A stretch of DNA of 63,993 nucleotides, filler included, from Aduncisulcus paluster (Eukaryota): the NCBI GenBank assembly GCA_024181965.1. It is 11 parts of 11 records of this genome, joined end to end, with 100 filler letters (N's around TTAATTAATTAA, not from the genome) between each part and the next. Parts side by side here need not be neighbours in the genome. Positions count along the whole stretch, not along the records: positions 34,224 to 50,790 come from BQXS01000160.1; positions 50,891 to 52,455 come from BQXS01000161.1; positions 52,556 to 62,627 come from BQXS01000162.1; 8 more parts are not named here. One strand, written 5' to 3'. Both the position numbers and the translations under genes were made by a program. Below, piece after piece: positions 45,288-58,371 of this stretch (positions are counted from its first letter, which is position 1; the number at the start of each line of letters is the position of its first letter). Under the pieces are notes generated by a model. It searched no databases, was not told the origin of the DNA, and was given only the letters and a program-made list of their open reading frames with translations.

Positions 45288-48200
45288 ATGGATGTATGTG
45301 AAAAATGATTTTGAATAATTTTCATTTTAAAGATTATATTGATTATATTTATTTTTTTATATCTATTATTTATCCATTTTTTCCAGACCCAACGATCAAG
45401 AATGGGTATTCCTATAGATCTATCCAATTTATCGGGTAGCAAAACTTATATTCCGAAACAAATGCCTTCATTGGGATCTTTAACACAAGGATTTGAACGA
45501 CCTACAAAACCAATAATAGCTAAAACTAAAAAGAAGCGTAAAGCCAAAGTAGAGAAGAAAGTTGGATTTGGACAGACATCAACAATAGATTCATTAAGTA
45601 TTACATCAAAAATACCTGGAAGTGGGAGTAATTTGTTTGGAACCGTTCCTCTATCTCAACATCCACCCCCAAAAGGAAAAGGGATGACTCATTCATATAG
45701 ACACTATAAAAAACATCCTAACCAAACACATATTATCTCATCTATTTCATCTTCGTCGGCGAACCCTGGAGTTTCGCTCATCCCTCGACCTCCCCCCTCA
45801 AAAATACCTTCAAAATCGTTTCGGAGAGGTTCAATACATTCAATTAATTATATCAAAGGTAAGCAACCGCCAACAACTCCTGTTCAACAATCTCGTCGGG
45901 CTACGATCGATTCAACCACTGAGAATCCCACTGGCTTTATTCCTTATCCTATTCTTCATCAAAAGCACACCATCGGTGGAAATATCGTGTGTATTCCAAC
46001 AGGAACAGCTGATTCTGAAGCTCGTAAATCATTTTCTCAATTGTCCTTCACTTTGCCTTCTTCTCAGCGTGATATGAAGACTCCCCACATTCCTTCTGGT
46101 TCCGTGTCATCGGCGTTTTCAACTCTTAATAATATGGTTCCAACCCGTGATGGCCCTTCTATATTATCCAAAACAACAGACGCTCCTTCCTCCTCTTCTT
46201 CTCGAAAGCCTCTTTTCTCTTCCACTTTCAAAGGAAGGATGTATAAACCCCATGATTCGACTTCTGGACTGAAAACACACAAACGGGCTCAGAATTCTGA
46301 TATTTCGAGGGATATCCCTCATCGTGATCCTTCTGATGCCTTATCTGCTAACGATGGAAAGTTACCTCCACCTCCAAGCTCTTCGTCTGCTGTTCTCTCT
46401 GCCTCATCAACACATCTCCCAAGCTTCAATTTACAGACCTTGTCCTCAATGTACAATGCCTCAAAGATGCAGAAACCCTGCAAGATGGGTCCATTGTCTG
46501 CAACATTCTCCCTTGTTGAAAAGAAAAGATCTGCCAAAGAATTCATTCACACTCACATGGAGAGGGGTCGTATCGAATCAGGCGATGAATATCAAGAAAC
46601 CATTCTCGCATGTTCCGACGGACCTTCTCCACACTTGCACCCTGAGCCGATATCCACTAACGCCAGATCTCCTCTCTCCCCCAGCATGGCTGAGTCTTCC
46701 ATGAAGACATCTATGATGTTGCCAACTTCAGGTTCATACATGACTGCTCCCTTGCACACTTCTATGAGGAAGAGTGGAGTTAATAATACTAATTCATATC
46801 TCCCTATTCAGACCAGTCTGAGGATTCCTCAATCAACTGGGTATATTGATCCTTCAAAGATGGATTCGAGTTCTCGGTTGCCCCATGCCCACTCCCAATG
46901 GTACTATCATCTCTCAATGTTCTGGCAGAGGGAGAATATTGTTGGGGTGCGTGAACAAGAGATTCATCGAATGGCATATAATGGCAGGGGAGTCTCCAGC
47001 CATTCGAGGAAACGACCACTCTCATCTCGTAGCTCCAAATGTTATAGTGGAATCAGAGGGGAAAGTAGAGATGGCTCTGCTCTTCATGGACACCAACATA
47101 TCCGTCCAAACAGTGCAAGACCGATATCGAGTGGATCTGAATCGCTCGTTACAATGCTGACGGATGACATTACATTCGAAGACGAAGGTGTTGCTGGGTT
47201 TGATACTCTCAGCCAGGATGGAAATGAACCACGGGAACCTTCAGAGAGCGATATTCGTGCAGATAGGTCGGTTTCCCCTTCTCCAACTCCTGGTCCCACT
47301 CAATTTGGACTCCCATCTCGTCGTAAGCAGCACCAACGTAAGACCAGCCATGATATGAAACTCTCTTCCATCCCGAGCTTACCTAAGGTTTACCAACAGC
47401 ATCCTCCTCGTCCGCCACCGGTGTCAAAGTTCACTACGAGTGCTCAGACTCAGCTCAAAGCTCTTCAATTCTTTGTGAATCATATCAGTGAAGTGTGTGT
47501 TTTACCCATTTTTGAGAGAGAGATCCTTGTAATGTGTCTTTGTAGGAGTATCCTTGAAGGAAGTATTCTTAGTACTGCTTGCATGTGTGTGTTACTAAAG
47601 GTATGTATGGCGGGTGTCCAAGTGAAGCGGATGAGAACAATCAAGAGAGCTATTCCTAACCCTTCTCATAAAACCATAAAAACTGAAGGAAAGAGTGAAA
47701 GCGAGGATATATTCATTCAAAAGAGTGAGTCCCTTGATTATGTTAGACATTCTCCATCAACAGCCATATCCCTATCACCAGGTCTCCCTGCTGAACAAGG
47801 TGCTGGATATGCTGCTGGCGATGGTTACTATGAAGAGGAGACTGTTGTATTCCATGATGTTGTGTGCAGTTGTGTCTCTTGTTTAACTCATCCACATACT
47901 CTGGCTCTGTTACGAACAGTAATCGTCAAACGTATCCTGCCTGCCTTGTACACTGGGACTCTGCTCTCCTCTGTAGATGATGATGTATGTCAGAGACCTA
48001 ATATACGAAACATGATCTGGGAGTTTCTGTGGATGTGTTCTGGGTGTGGATTGGTTGATCCGATTAAGGATATCCATCTNNNNNNNNNNNNNNNNNNNNA
48101 AGGTATGTATGGTGGGTGTCCAAGTGAAGCGGATGAGAACAATCAAGAGAGCTATTCCTAACCCTTCTCATAAAACCATAAAAACTGAAGGAAAGAGTGA

Positions 48201-50208
48201 AAGCGAGGATATATTCATTCAAAAGAGTGAGTCCCTTGATTATGTTAGACATTCTCCATCAACAGCCATATCCCTATCACCAGGTCTCCCTGCTGAACAA
48301 GGTGCTGGATATGCTGCTGGCGATGGTTACTATGAAGAGGAGACTGTTGTATTCCATGATGTTGTGTGCAGTTGTGTCTCTTGTTTAACTCATCCACATA
48401 CTCTGGCTCTGTTACGAACAGTAATCGTCAAACGTATCCTGCCTGCCTTGTACACTGGGACTCTGCTCTCCTCTGTAGATGATGATGTATTTCAGAGACC
48501 TAATATACGAAACATGATCTGGGAGTTTCTGTGGATGTGTTCTGGGTGTGGATTGGTTGATCCGATTAAGGATATCCATCTAAGAGCCATGTCATCCCTG
48601 TTACCTTCATTGACTGTGCAAAATACAAGCTTGAACATCAACGAGAAGAAAACACAACACGGCAAACAAGCTATGGTGGGTGGAAACAGTGAACAGCAAT
48701 CTCCAAACGGTAGCATACCTCTCGAACCTGATGCTTCTCACCAATCTCCTCTTGAAGAAGCCTTTGAAAAAGAGGAAGAGAGAATGCCGGAAGAGAGAAT
48801 GCTGGAAGATGATGATGACGATGATGATGACGAGGACAATGTTAAATCGGTGAAAACTATTCATTCGATGAATCCCAATCTATATGTCCCTGCTTGTTTC
48901 TGTGGGTTGCTATCTTCGATGAAGATCAGTCTATCGTTCTCTTCGCCCAAACAACCCACTGTTTCAATCACTTCAACTGCCCACACGAGGACATATTCCA
49001 CCAATCTATCCCATTCTTTCAGGAACAATGTCATGCGGATCCAGCTTCGAGTGTGTGTGAGTGACTGTTCTCTCGGCCGAGTCAGGATATGCGTATGGCG
49101 AGATCATGTACCCGGGGTCAGTATTCAGAACCTTGACGCCATTGTGACATCTGTGAGGAAAGCTGTGAGGGAGGATGAGGAGAAACGAATGGGAACTCGT
49201 GGGAAACCCAAAGAGATCTATAATAATCGGCATGAGAAAGTTGGAGGTCGGGAATATGATGATATTGATCCTGCTGATTCGACAACTACAACTGGGAAAC
49301 CTCCAAAGAAATCCATGTCCAAGTCAAAATCTATGTCCTCTATTCTTCACGTTCCCCCCGTTCCTTCTCTCTCTCAGCCTCTGTCTCCTCTCAGTGCACA
49401 ATGGGGAGTTTCTAATGCGATTATTCACTCGCCTTCGGACGATCTTTCTAGACCTTTGTCTGATGGAAATAATCACACAAATCTCTCCTCTCAAACTCCT
49501 CTTTATGCCCAAAGAGATAGTGCTTTATCTTCAGAGCGGGAAGGAATATTCGTTTGTGAGTGTGTAGGTGGTGTGTGTAACATTGGATTTGACTTGTATC
49601 CATCCATGAGCAGCGTGTGTATTGCTGTGGTCGCTGGTCTTCCTTTCAACTTTGAGAAGGAGAAGGAACGCAGACGTAATGAAGAAGAGGAAAGAAAGAC
49701 ACAGATGATGAAGAAAAATGAATTGGAAAATGCAAGGAAGGATTACAAGAAGAAATTACTCTCCTCTGCACTCAGCGTTGGATCTCTATCGGCTGCAAAA
49801 GAACTGAAGGAATCAAAATCATCTTCTGGATTACCGAGTAAGAAAAGCATCGATCGGCTGAGAAAAATGAAGAAGAAGATGATGAATGGTTCGGTGTTTG
49901 ATGAAGAAGAAGAAAGAGAAGAAGAAAGAGAAGAAGGGGAGGAGTTTGCATCATTGCTATATCCTATTAGTTTATCGTCGCTTGTACCTTCATTTGTGTT
50001 GGAATCCGTCTCTTTATTTTCTCATTCAATTCTCTCAGATTCTATTTTTATCCCAATTTCTCTGAGAGCTCCCAATGCTGTTGTCCGGCAATTTAAACGT
50101 GCCCAAGAGATGAAACAGGAAGAGCGGAAGAAGGCTCTTGTTGAGATGGGACAGCTGGATGCATCTATTCTTGGAACAATCGGTGCGGGAAGAAGAAGAA
50201 GAATATAG
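45288..50208 (+). CDS. Large Ser/Pro-rich hypothetical protein; 6-nt first coding exon (45288-45293), intron 45294-45386; 47598-48079 falsely duplicated as 48100-48581
   Basis: ATG GAT|GTATGT...TTCCAG|ACC CAA is in frame with ORF 45339-48161, which merges with 48046-50208 across the gap. Confidence 0.75.
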
Positions 50209-50608
50209 TACTGAAGACTCTGAGGAATCGACTGAGAGGAGGAAATTGCGTCATTCCAAACGTCGGGAGAGGAAGAGAAGACAACGTGAGAGGGCGAAAC
50301 GGAAGCAAGAAAGAGAAGGAAGTGATGAGGATTCTTGTGCTGATAGTTCAGATCTGGTGGATTACGCAGAGAGGAAAGTGGAGGAAGAGCCTGAAGAAAC
50401 GGTTGTTAAACGAACCATAGGAGACCTTGTTACGGATATGCTCGATATTATGGAGGAAAGACAAGGAATTAAGGAGAATGAAACAGAAAAACAACCAGTG
50501 GGAATTACTGAGACTCAGGGAACATCTGACATTGAGAAAGCTGAGTTTCTTAAGAGTCAAAAGGCAATATCTACGATTGTTAATGATTTATTTGATGATT
50601 TGTTCTAG
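50138..50608 (+). CDS. Probable frameshifted C-terminal continuation of the preceding gene
   Basis: Overlapping +1 frame, open only from 50114, with the same acidic/charged composition (EEEEEYSTEDSEES). Confidence 0.5.
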   Translation: MLRWDSWMHLFLEQSVREEEEEYSTEDSEESTERRKLRHSKRRERKRRQRERAKRKQEREGSDEDSCADSSDLVDYAERKVEEEPEETVVKRTIGDLVTDMLDIMEERQGIKENETEKQPVGITETQGTSDIEKAEFLKSQKAISTIVNDLFDDLF

Positions 50609-50890
50609 ATATTTTCGTGTCGTATTCTTTCGCTGTATTGAAATCGTATTAATAATAAATTATTTCTTAAAATGACATTTACATGTCTATTTTGTGGTAT
50701 CAATGTTGTACGTTGTTTAAACAATGAGGGAGGGTAAATCTTCCATTTTCTTCTCGTATTGATGTGATAAACACACAACAAATTTATGTANNNNNNNNNN
50801 NNNNNNNNNNNNNNNNNNNNNNNNNNNNNNNNNNTTAATTAATTAANNNNNNNNNNNNNNNNNNNNNNNNNNNNNNNNNNNNNNNNNNNN

Positions 50891-52455
50891 TCACTGCTAC
50901 CCACATTCACGGAGAGAGCTGGCGAAAGAGGGAACAGTGCAGCATACACGGTGTCGGACACATTGCACAGCTTGTTCTCATGCACGTCAAGCGAAGACAG
51001 ACCAGAGATCGGGAACAAGAGCGAGATGTCCGTGAGACCATTCGAACGGATGGACAGGGTGGACAATGCAGGGAACATGCTCAGCGAACGCAAGGAAGTG
51101 TTACACAATCCAACAGAATCAAGGGTTAATGTCGTCAGAGATGGCAAGGAGGACAATGTTGTCAGGGAGGAAGACATGGTCGTGGATAAGGGGTTGTTGC
51201 TGAGGTTCAGAATGGACAAATCATTCATGGATGAAAGGAAAGAGATGTCTGAGATATTGTTGTAATGAAGATATAAATCTGTTAATCCGTACATTCCAGC
51301 TAATGGTGAAATATCTGAGATATTGTTGCCGTAGATTGATAAAGTGGTAAGATTTATCATAAATAATAGGGAAGAAATAGAAGATATTTCGTTATGTGGA
51401 AGATATAAGGAAGTAAGCTTGGTCATGTTAACAAGGGAAGAAATATCCGTAATGTAATTTGAATCAAGAGAAAGAGTTCTCAAATTACTCAGTTTTTCAA
51501 GAGCAGAAACATCTAAAATATTGTTATAGCCGAGGTAGAGAGATGTCAGCTGTGTCATCTCAGAGAGATCAGCGATGTTTGAGATGTTGTTTGAGGAAAG
51601 ATGTAACGTTGTAATACTTGATAATCCCTTTAGGTAAGAAATATTGACAATATTATTGCTATAGAGATATAGAGTTTGTAATAATTTCAAATTAGATAAT
51701 GAGCTGATTGAAATTATTACGTTCGATGCAAGATGCAGATATGTTAATTTGGTTAATGTACCCAATGAAGAAATATCCGAAATATAATTTGATTGAAGAT
51801 ATAAACTTTCCAGGTCAATCATCCCCGAAATATAGGAAATATCTGACAGATCGTTAGAATAAATTGAGAGCATCAACAATTTTGTACATTTTGAAAGAGA
51901 TGATATATCAGAGATGTTATTATCACTAAGATGCAAATGCATTAGATTTACCATCCCATATAGAGCAGTAATATCAGATATCTGATTGTTGTACAAATGC
52001 AAATAGGTTAAATTCACCATTCCAGATAGAGCAGAGATATCCGAGATACTATTCTCACGCAAGGTCAACTCAACAAGCTGCTCCTCAACACCACTCAAAG
52101 AACCAAGAACAATGTGAGAATCAGTCAGACCAGTGTTTCTCAGATCAAGCTTCGTCAACATCGTGAATGCGGATAAAGACACATCCTCAGATAATGCAAT
52201 GTTCTGCAGATACAACGTGGATAGGGAAGACGTTGGAAGATACCCAATCTCTGTCGAGTCAATCTCAAGGTCAGATGTGGATGTGCCATCGATGGTGAGT
52301 GATGCAAGGTTCGTTGCATAAGACAATCCTTCGAAGGTGTCAACAGAGGATGCACTGAGGGAAGTCAACGACAGCATGTTAGTGTCAGTAATGTAAGAAC
52401 AATCAGAGGAGAGACCAAGAGCAGAACACACAGCAGTTCGAAGGTTTGCGTCAGG
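50891..52455 (-). CDS. Internalin-like (SDS22-type) LRR protein, partial at both ends
   Basis: About 14 regular 22-aa repeats LxxLxLxxNxISDISxLxxM; N-cap PDANLRTAVCSALG. Confidence 0.92.
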
Positions 52456-52699
52456 NNNNNNNNNNNNNNNNNNNNNNNNNNNNNNNNNNNNNNNNNNNNT
52501 TAATTAATTAANNNNNNNNNNNNNNNNNNNNNNNNNNNNNNNNNNNNNNNNNNNNTTGCTAGCCACCCTAAACAGGGTTAACAATATCAATCAGGGATGA
52601 GGTCAAAGCACACCCTGAATCTTTCGGAATCTTTCCGAGTGGAAAGAAAAGACACTCTACACCTGATCAGAGGTTGACAGGGATGGGAAGGTCCAAGCC

Positions 52700-52963
52700 A
52701 GGAAATGTTGCTTTATTTGCGGCAAACTTGGCCATAAAGTAGCCAATTGTTGGGACAAGGACAAGAAAAAGCAAGCGAAGGCGATATCTATCCCTTCTAC
52801 TAGTAATACATCCAGTAAACCTCAGCCAAAGCATTTGGACTTTATTTTTTCGTCGGGCGAGGAAATTACTAAGGAGATTTTGCTGGATACTGACTCCAAC
52901 ATTAATATCTTGAGTAGAAAATTGTTTTTGATGTTGGAGGTGAAGTACTCTAGAGGGGTATAA
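52700..52963 (+). mobile_element. Ty3/gypsy gag knuckle-protease relic (not in the ORF track)
   Basis: Single frame RKCCFICGKLGHKVANCW...EILLDTDSNINILS*: CCHC knuckle, with DTG mutated to DTD. Confidence 0.75.
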
Positions 52964-53254
52964 CAAAAATAAAATATAATTGTTGAACCAAATTTCTTCG
53001 ATTTGGACAGTCTCGAGCATAGTGTCCCATTTCATGACACTTAAAACATTCTACATCCTCCTTCCGGATTGCGGGTCTTGTAGTTGCGTGAGAACCCATC
53101 TTCTTTCTGTCTTTCGTGAAAGAACGCTTTTTCCCATCAGAATTGGTCCCCTTGAATGAGGATGACTCACGTGAATCATGTCATGTATATGGAATTTCTT
53201 ACCTGACGATTATTTTCCAGGAATATTACAAAATAGCCATTTTAGTTACATTTA

Positions 53255-55620
53255 TGGAAGTTAAGGTTGTTTTACCAAGATTACCCACCGTAGGACGGGC
53301 AGCTTGGGAAAAATTTAAGGAACAATTTCTTAGTTACCAAAAAAGAGATGAAGATGCTGAGATAAGGACGTACATGACTGATACGGTCTGGGATATCTAT
53401 CAAGCTCGTACGGGATTGGCGGATGGAGAGGATTCTGACGTGATACTTGATAAAATTGACAAACTATATGGAATTACAAACAAATTGACATGTGTTTATG
53501 CCTTACAAGAGTTTAAGCTGAAGGGATTTACTGAAAGAGATATCTGATTATGTAATCAATTACCAACGAGTTATTCGCTCGGTTACTACTTCTGTAGAAC
53601 GACCAAATGATGAACAAATTCAGAAGTTGTTCTTAAAGGGAATTGTTAATCCTCGTTTTCGAACTAGGGTAGTTACGGGATTATCGACTGTCACGGACCC
53701 GGAGTTTACTGATGTTATCCGTATAGTGTTTGAAGAAGAATTGACAGTTGAAGAAGATATACAGGACATGGCTCTAACTGTGGCTGCGAAGCGTAAGAAA
53801 AAATGTTCTGTTTGTGGAAAGGTCGGACACGAAGAAAAAGATTGTTGGGTAAAACACCCTGAATTGAAGAAGAAAAAATGTTATAAGGGTTCAACGGCAC
53901 CCCGAAGACCGAAGAAACCTCTTGCAGAAGTACAGTGCTATAAGTGTAAGAAAATGGGTCATTATACGACTAGTTGTCCTTTAAAGTGAAAAAAAAACAG
54001 AGAAGAAGGTTACAGGAAGATCAAAGAAGTAAGGGATTTGAGGTTGGACAAAAGGTTTGGGTAGAACCGATTATGAAGAGAAAAGGTGATCCAGAGTGGA
54101 CTGGAGTTTTTACGAGCAAGCAGAAGTACACAGATTTTAAATACCTGTTGACAACATTGGATGATCATGTTGATCAAGAAGTCCATGTAGCACGCCTGAA
54201 GTTATGTACGGCGGAAGGTTCCGATGAGGAATTGTTAATCCTCGTTTTCGAACTAGGGTAGTTACGGGATTATCGACTGTCACGGACCCGGAGTTTACTG
54301 ATGTTATCCGTATAGTGTTTGAAGAAGAATTGACAGTTGAAGAAGATATACAGGACATGGCTCTAACTGTGGCTGCGAAGCGTAAGAAAAAATGTTCTGT
54401 TTGTGGAAAGGTCGGACACGAAGAAAAAGATTGTTGGGTAAAACACCCTGAATTGAAGAAGAAAAAATGTTATAAGGGTTCAACGGCACCCCGAAGACCG
54501 AAGAAACCTCTTGCAGAAGTACAGTGCTATAAGTGTAAGAAAATGGGTCATTATACGACTAGTTGTCCTTTAAAGTGAAAAAAAAACAGAGAAGAAGGTT
54601 ACAGGAAGATCAAAGAAGTTGACATGTGTTTATGCCTTACAAGAGTTTAAGCTGAAGGGATTTACTGAAAGAGATATCTGATTATGTAATCAATTACCAA
54701 CGAGTTATTCGCTCGGTTACTACTTCTGTAGAACGACCAAATGATGAACAAATTCAGAAGTTGTTCTTAAAGGGAATTGTTAATCCTCGTTTTCGAACTA
54801 GGGTAGTTACGGGATTATCGACTGTCACGGACCCGGAGTTTACTGATGTTATCCGTATAGTGTTTGAAGAAGAATTGACAGTTGAAGAAGATATACAGGA
54901 CATGGCTCTAACTGTGGCTGCGAAGCGTAAGAAAAAATGTTCTGTTTGTGGAAAGGTCGGACACGAAGAAAAAGATTGTTGGGTAAAACACCCTGAATTG
55001 AAGAAGAAAAAATGTTATAAGGGTTCAACGGCACCCCGAAGACCGAAGAAACCTCTTGCAGAAGTACAGTGCTATAAGTGTAAGAAAATGGGTCATTATA
55101 CGACTAGTTGTCCTTTAAAGTGAAAAAAAAACAGAGAAGAAGGTTACAGGAAGATCAAAGAAGTAAGGGATTTGAGGTTGGACAAAAGGTTTGGGTAGAA
55201 CCGATTATGAAGAGAAAAGGTGATCCAGAGTGGACTGGAGTTTTTACGAGCAAGCAGAAGTACACAGATTTTAAATACCTGTTGACAACATTGGATGATC
55301 ATGTTGATCAAGAAGTCCATGTAGCACGCCTGAAGTTATGTACGGCGGAAGGTTCCGATGAGGAATTATTAAGCCTACAAGCATCAGACTTAGGACAATA
55401 TGTTGTTGACTTTTAGACCATGGAATTAATGAGCTTGGAAAGATGGTGTTCTTAGTGAAATGGTTCGGGTTCCAGGATGTCGAAAATACTTGGCAAGAGT
55501 ATACGTCCATCTATAGGACGACAGCAATTGTTGATTACCTCCAAGAACATCCAGATGTACAGAAGTGGCTTGACAACAACCTAACACCTCAAGAAAAAGA
55601 AGTGTTGGTAATTAAATAGA
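53255..55620 (+). mobile_element. Gypsy derivative: gag with 2 CCHC knuckles directly followed by the integrase GPY/F tail and chromodomain; internally triplicated
   Basis: CSVCGKVGHEEKDC and CYKCKKMGHYTTSC, then FEVGQKVWV..WTGVF..VHVARLK and FLVKWFGFQDVENTW. Repeats at offsets 589 and 1134 bp; frameshifts near 53545 and 55410. Confidence 0.85.
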
Positions 55621-55791
55621 TTACCAGTGGGTTATGATTTTAATACTACTCGTATAGATCAATGATACTGATCTGATGGGATGTGAATGTTTACATGCGA
55701 AGGTAAGCACTAATGCTTATTCTAGACATACAAGTAAATTGACTCACCTAGATACACTTTACTTATATTACATTATTACTCCCTTGGTCCC

Positions 55792-56120
55792 ATGAAAGGT
55801 GTTTATTTTTGTCTTCATAAGAATTTCAGTTCGCCATCGCTGTTATTGACCCTTACCAGGTCTGATGGTTCTAAAAACCACAAAATATGCAAGTTCGTTA
55901 AACCAACTCACAACTATGAATGGCATTTTCTCTCTATTGACATCACTGATGTTATACTATTGAGATAGAAGGAAGGGGAACGTGGTATCAAAATGTGAGC
56001 AGTGTATCTTCTCTCGGCGGCATTATCTTTACAACAGAAGAAGGGCAAACGAGGTCATTAAGTGATAAGCAGCTCATGGAGTATCAGGCAGATTTATTGG
56101 AAAAATTACTCGAGGGGTAA
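55792..56120 (+). pseudogene. Frameshifted relic of a lineage-specific beta-rich domain family
   Basis: MKGVYFCLHKNFSSPSLLLTLTRSDGSKNHK..YEWHFLSIDITDVIL/EIEGRGTW parallels 5495-5965. Confidence 0.45.
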
Positions 56121-57509
56121 CGTCAAGAGGGGTCATCAATGTTTCTGAGTCTATTATAACTGCCACGAGGTGGAGAAAACACTCTGGTAGCAAGCTTGTT
56201 GAAGAAACAATTGATGGAATGACATCAGAATCAATTGTACAATTGGTCAAGTTAAAAAGGTTTTCTTGAAAAAATGAAGGGGGAATTACTAATTCTAGTA
56301 GAATCCGCTATGCATCCGGATGCTGGAACAATGGGCGCTAAAATTGTAGATTTTCTAAAATTTACAATCAAAAATAATGTGGTAAAACATAAAGGAATAT
56401 CCACTCCAGCAGCAGCATCAAGACGGATTCGAAACGACGAGATCTGTTTCTACAAGTGCTGAAACATCAAAAAAAAAAAAAACATCATCATCTATCCCAA
56501 CTGATCATGTTCCAACACATCAGATAAGCCTTATAATAAATTATTTTTTTAACCCTGATGATCTTCCTTACAATTGTGGTAATGTCTCAGGATCTATAAA
56601 TAGACACGTTCGGTGAACTGTCATATCAATAAATTGTAAATCGTTTATTATACGTACTACCACACAATGCAATTTATTCAGGCAACGAATTTCCATTTCT
56701 TTATTCAAGATAATTTTTCATAAGATTATCAAGACCTATATATTCTTAGTTATATCTGACACAAAGATATTTCTCAACTCCTTTTCTTCGCAACCCTACG
56801 AGGTATTTTTTAGAATTGTATCGTTTTTTTCATGTTGTAATTATGTCTTTGTATGAGACAAATAGATTTCTATAATTTAAGTAAATTTCATTTTTTAGTC
56901 ATTTTCATCTTAATACACACTATATTTTTATCACACTATATTACTTTAGATAATTTTTTTCGACCTTGATGATGTTCCTTGTGATGCATTGATTAACCAA
57001 CTTTTTTTCATTTCATCATTTAAGACCAGTTTTATAAGTATTTTATAAAGCTTCATTTTCATACTATGAAAAATAATATTATTATTTTATTAAGAGCTGA
57101 TAATCATTATTATTCCGTCTCACCCTTAAGAACAAATAAAATAATATTATGATGAATATAATTGGATTTTTACTGTTTTATAGTGTTAAATAAATATCTT
57201 TTTTGATTTGATGATGTTGTATATATGTCTTTGTATGAGACAGTTTGATTTTTTTAATTTAAGATATTTTTATTTTTTCTCGGTTTTCACCCCGGATTCC
57301 GATACATGCACCAATGTTTTCCCCAGCTCAAGCACCAATGTTTCCCCTTACCGTGCTCCAGTCCCAGTCCCACTGTATCAGTTCAATTAAGTTCAACCCT
57401 GTGTCATTTACCTTTGGACCACAGACAGGACCATGCACTAGGACCGACATCATCTCTAAAGAATCCATTGCTGAAAATTCACAGCCCAAAGGCTAAAACC
57501 GGTTACAAC

Positions 57510-57556
57510 AAGCATGTTTCTGAAAAGATAATATTATTGCCGATGTGCTATCTCAT
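57510..57556 (+). pseudogene. Gypsy RNase H C-terminal motif relic
   Basis: KHVSE/KDNIIADVLSH (one frameshift) versus HVAGEKNVIADTLSR in the pol at about 15260-15300. Confidence 0.45.
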
Positions 57557-58371
57557 TCCCATAGTCCCTAAGAATTTGTTGTTTGACAGATCCTATTATT
57601 CAAGAGATAAAAACCGATGTGCCGCGATAAAGCGTAGGGTTATGAGCGGAATGCCATTTTTTCGGAAGAAGATGATATTCAGGATGAATCTCTCGATATT
57701 ATGACGGAAAGTACAAGAGAATCCCCCATTATTACTACAATCATTACATCAGATGTTTCCATTCACGACTCGCATCCCATAAGACCTCCATTAATGTGTT
57801 ATAACTATATTAACATATACAATGAAATGTTTTCAAAACTATCCCCCTTTCAAACATCGATAATTCAGCGACTAATAAGAAGAGAGATAAGTAAAAGGCA
57901 ATACATGGTCATTCAGAGATCTTTAACGGAAACAATACGAACTATATTATCTAGTGGACTTCAAGTCGATGATACTTACCATCCAATTAGATTACCGATG
58001 TTAAGAGATGTGAAAGAAAGATTACATGACCAGATCGTTAGAATCTCCACGACAATAGTGGATCGTGTTGAAATTCCTCGCAGGAGAGGTGATGAAGGTG
58101 TAAAAACCCTTACTTATCGATGGTATACTTTGTATAAATCCCCAATTACTCGGCTGATCCTTGAATATTTTCCCTGTCTTTCTCATATTTCTCCCTATCA
58201 GAAAATATCAAATGTGGCTGGTTGCCCTACAGGATATTCCATATCCATAAAAAAGAGGCCATTTTATGTCCGACATATGTCCAACATAAAATCATATTCT
58301 TTGTGTCTGCGCCCACTAACGTTGATCCATCTATTCAAACAGCTCCATTGGTCAATACTGATGAACCGTAT

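Noticed and set aside
45203..45442. Overlap of the CPBP ORF with the next gene as true overlapping genes
   Set aside because: It arises from non-ATG ORF extension. The plausible ATGs at 45202 and 45288 are divergent and do not overlap.
50891..52455. Bacterial internalin contamination
   Set aside because: It shares the cap/LRR style and Ser-rich composition of the LRR gene at 20824-22488, so an expanded host family is more likely.
53035..53183. TGACA...TGTCA segment as the 5' LTR of the gag-chromo element
   Set aside because: No matching copy after the chromodomain, no TSD, and no clear polyadenylation signal.
53639..55372. Repeated blocks as a CRISPR-like or DGR-like repeat system
   Set aside because: The units are hundreds of bp of gag sequence, with no spacers and no adenine-specific variation.
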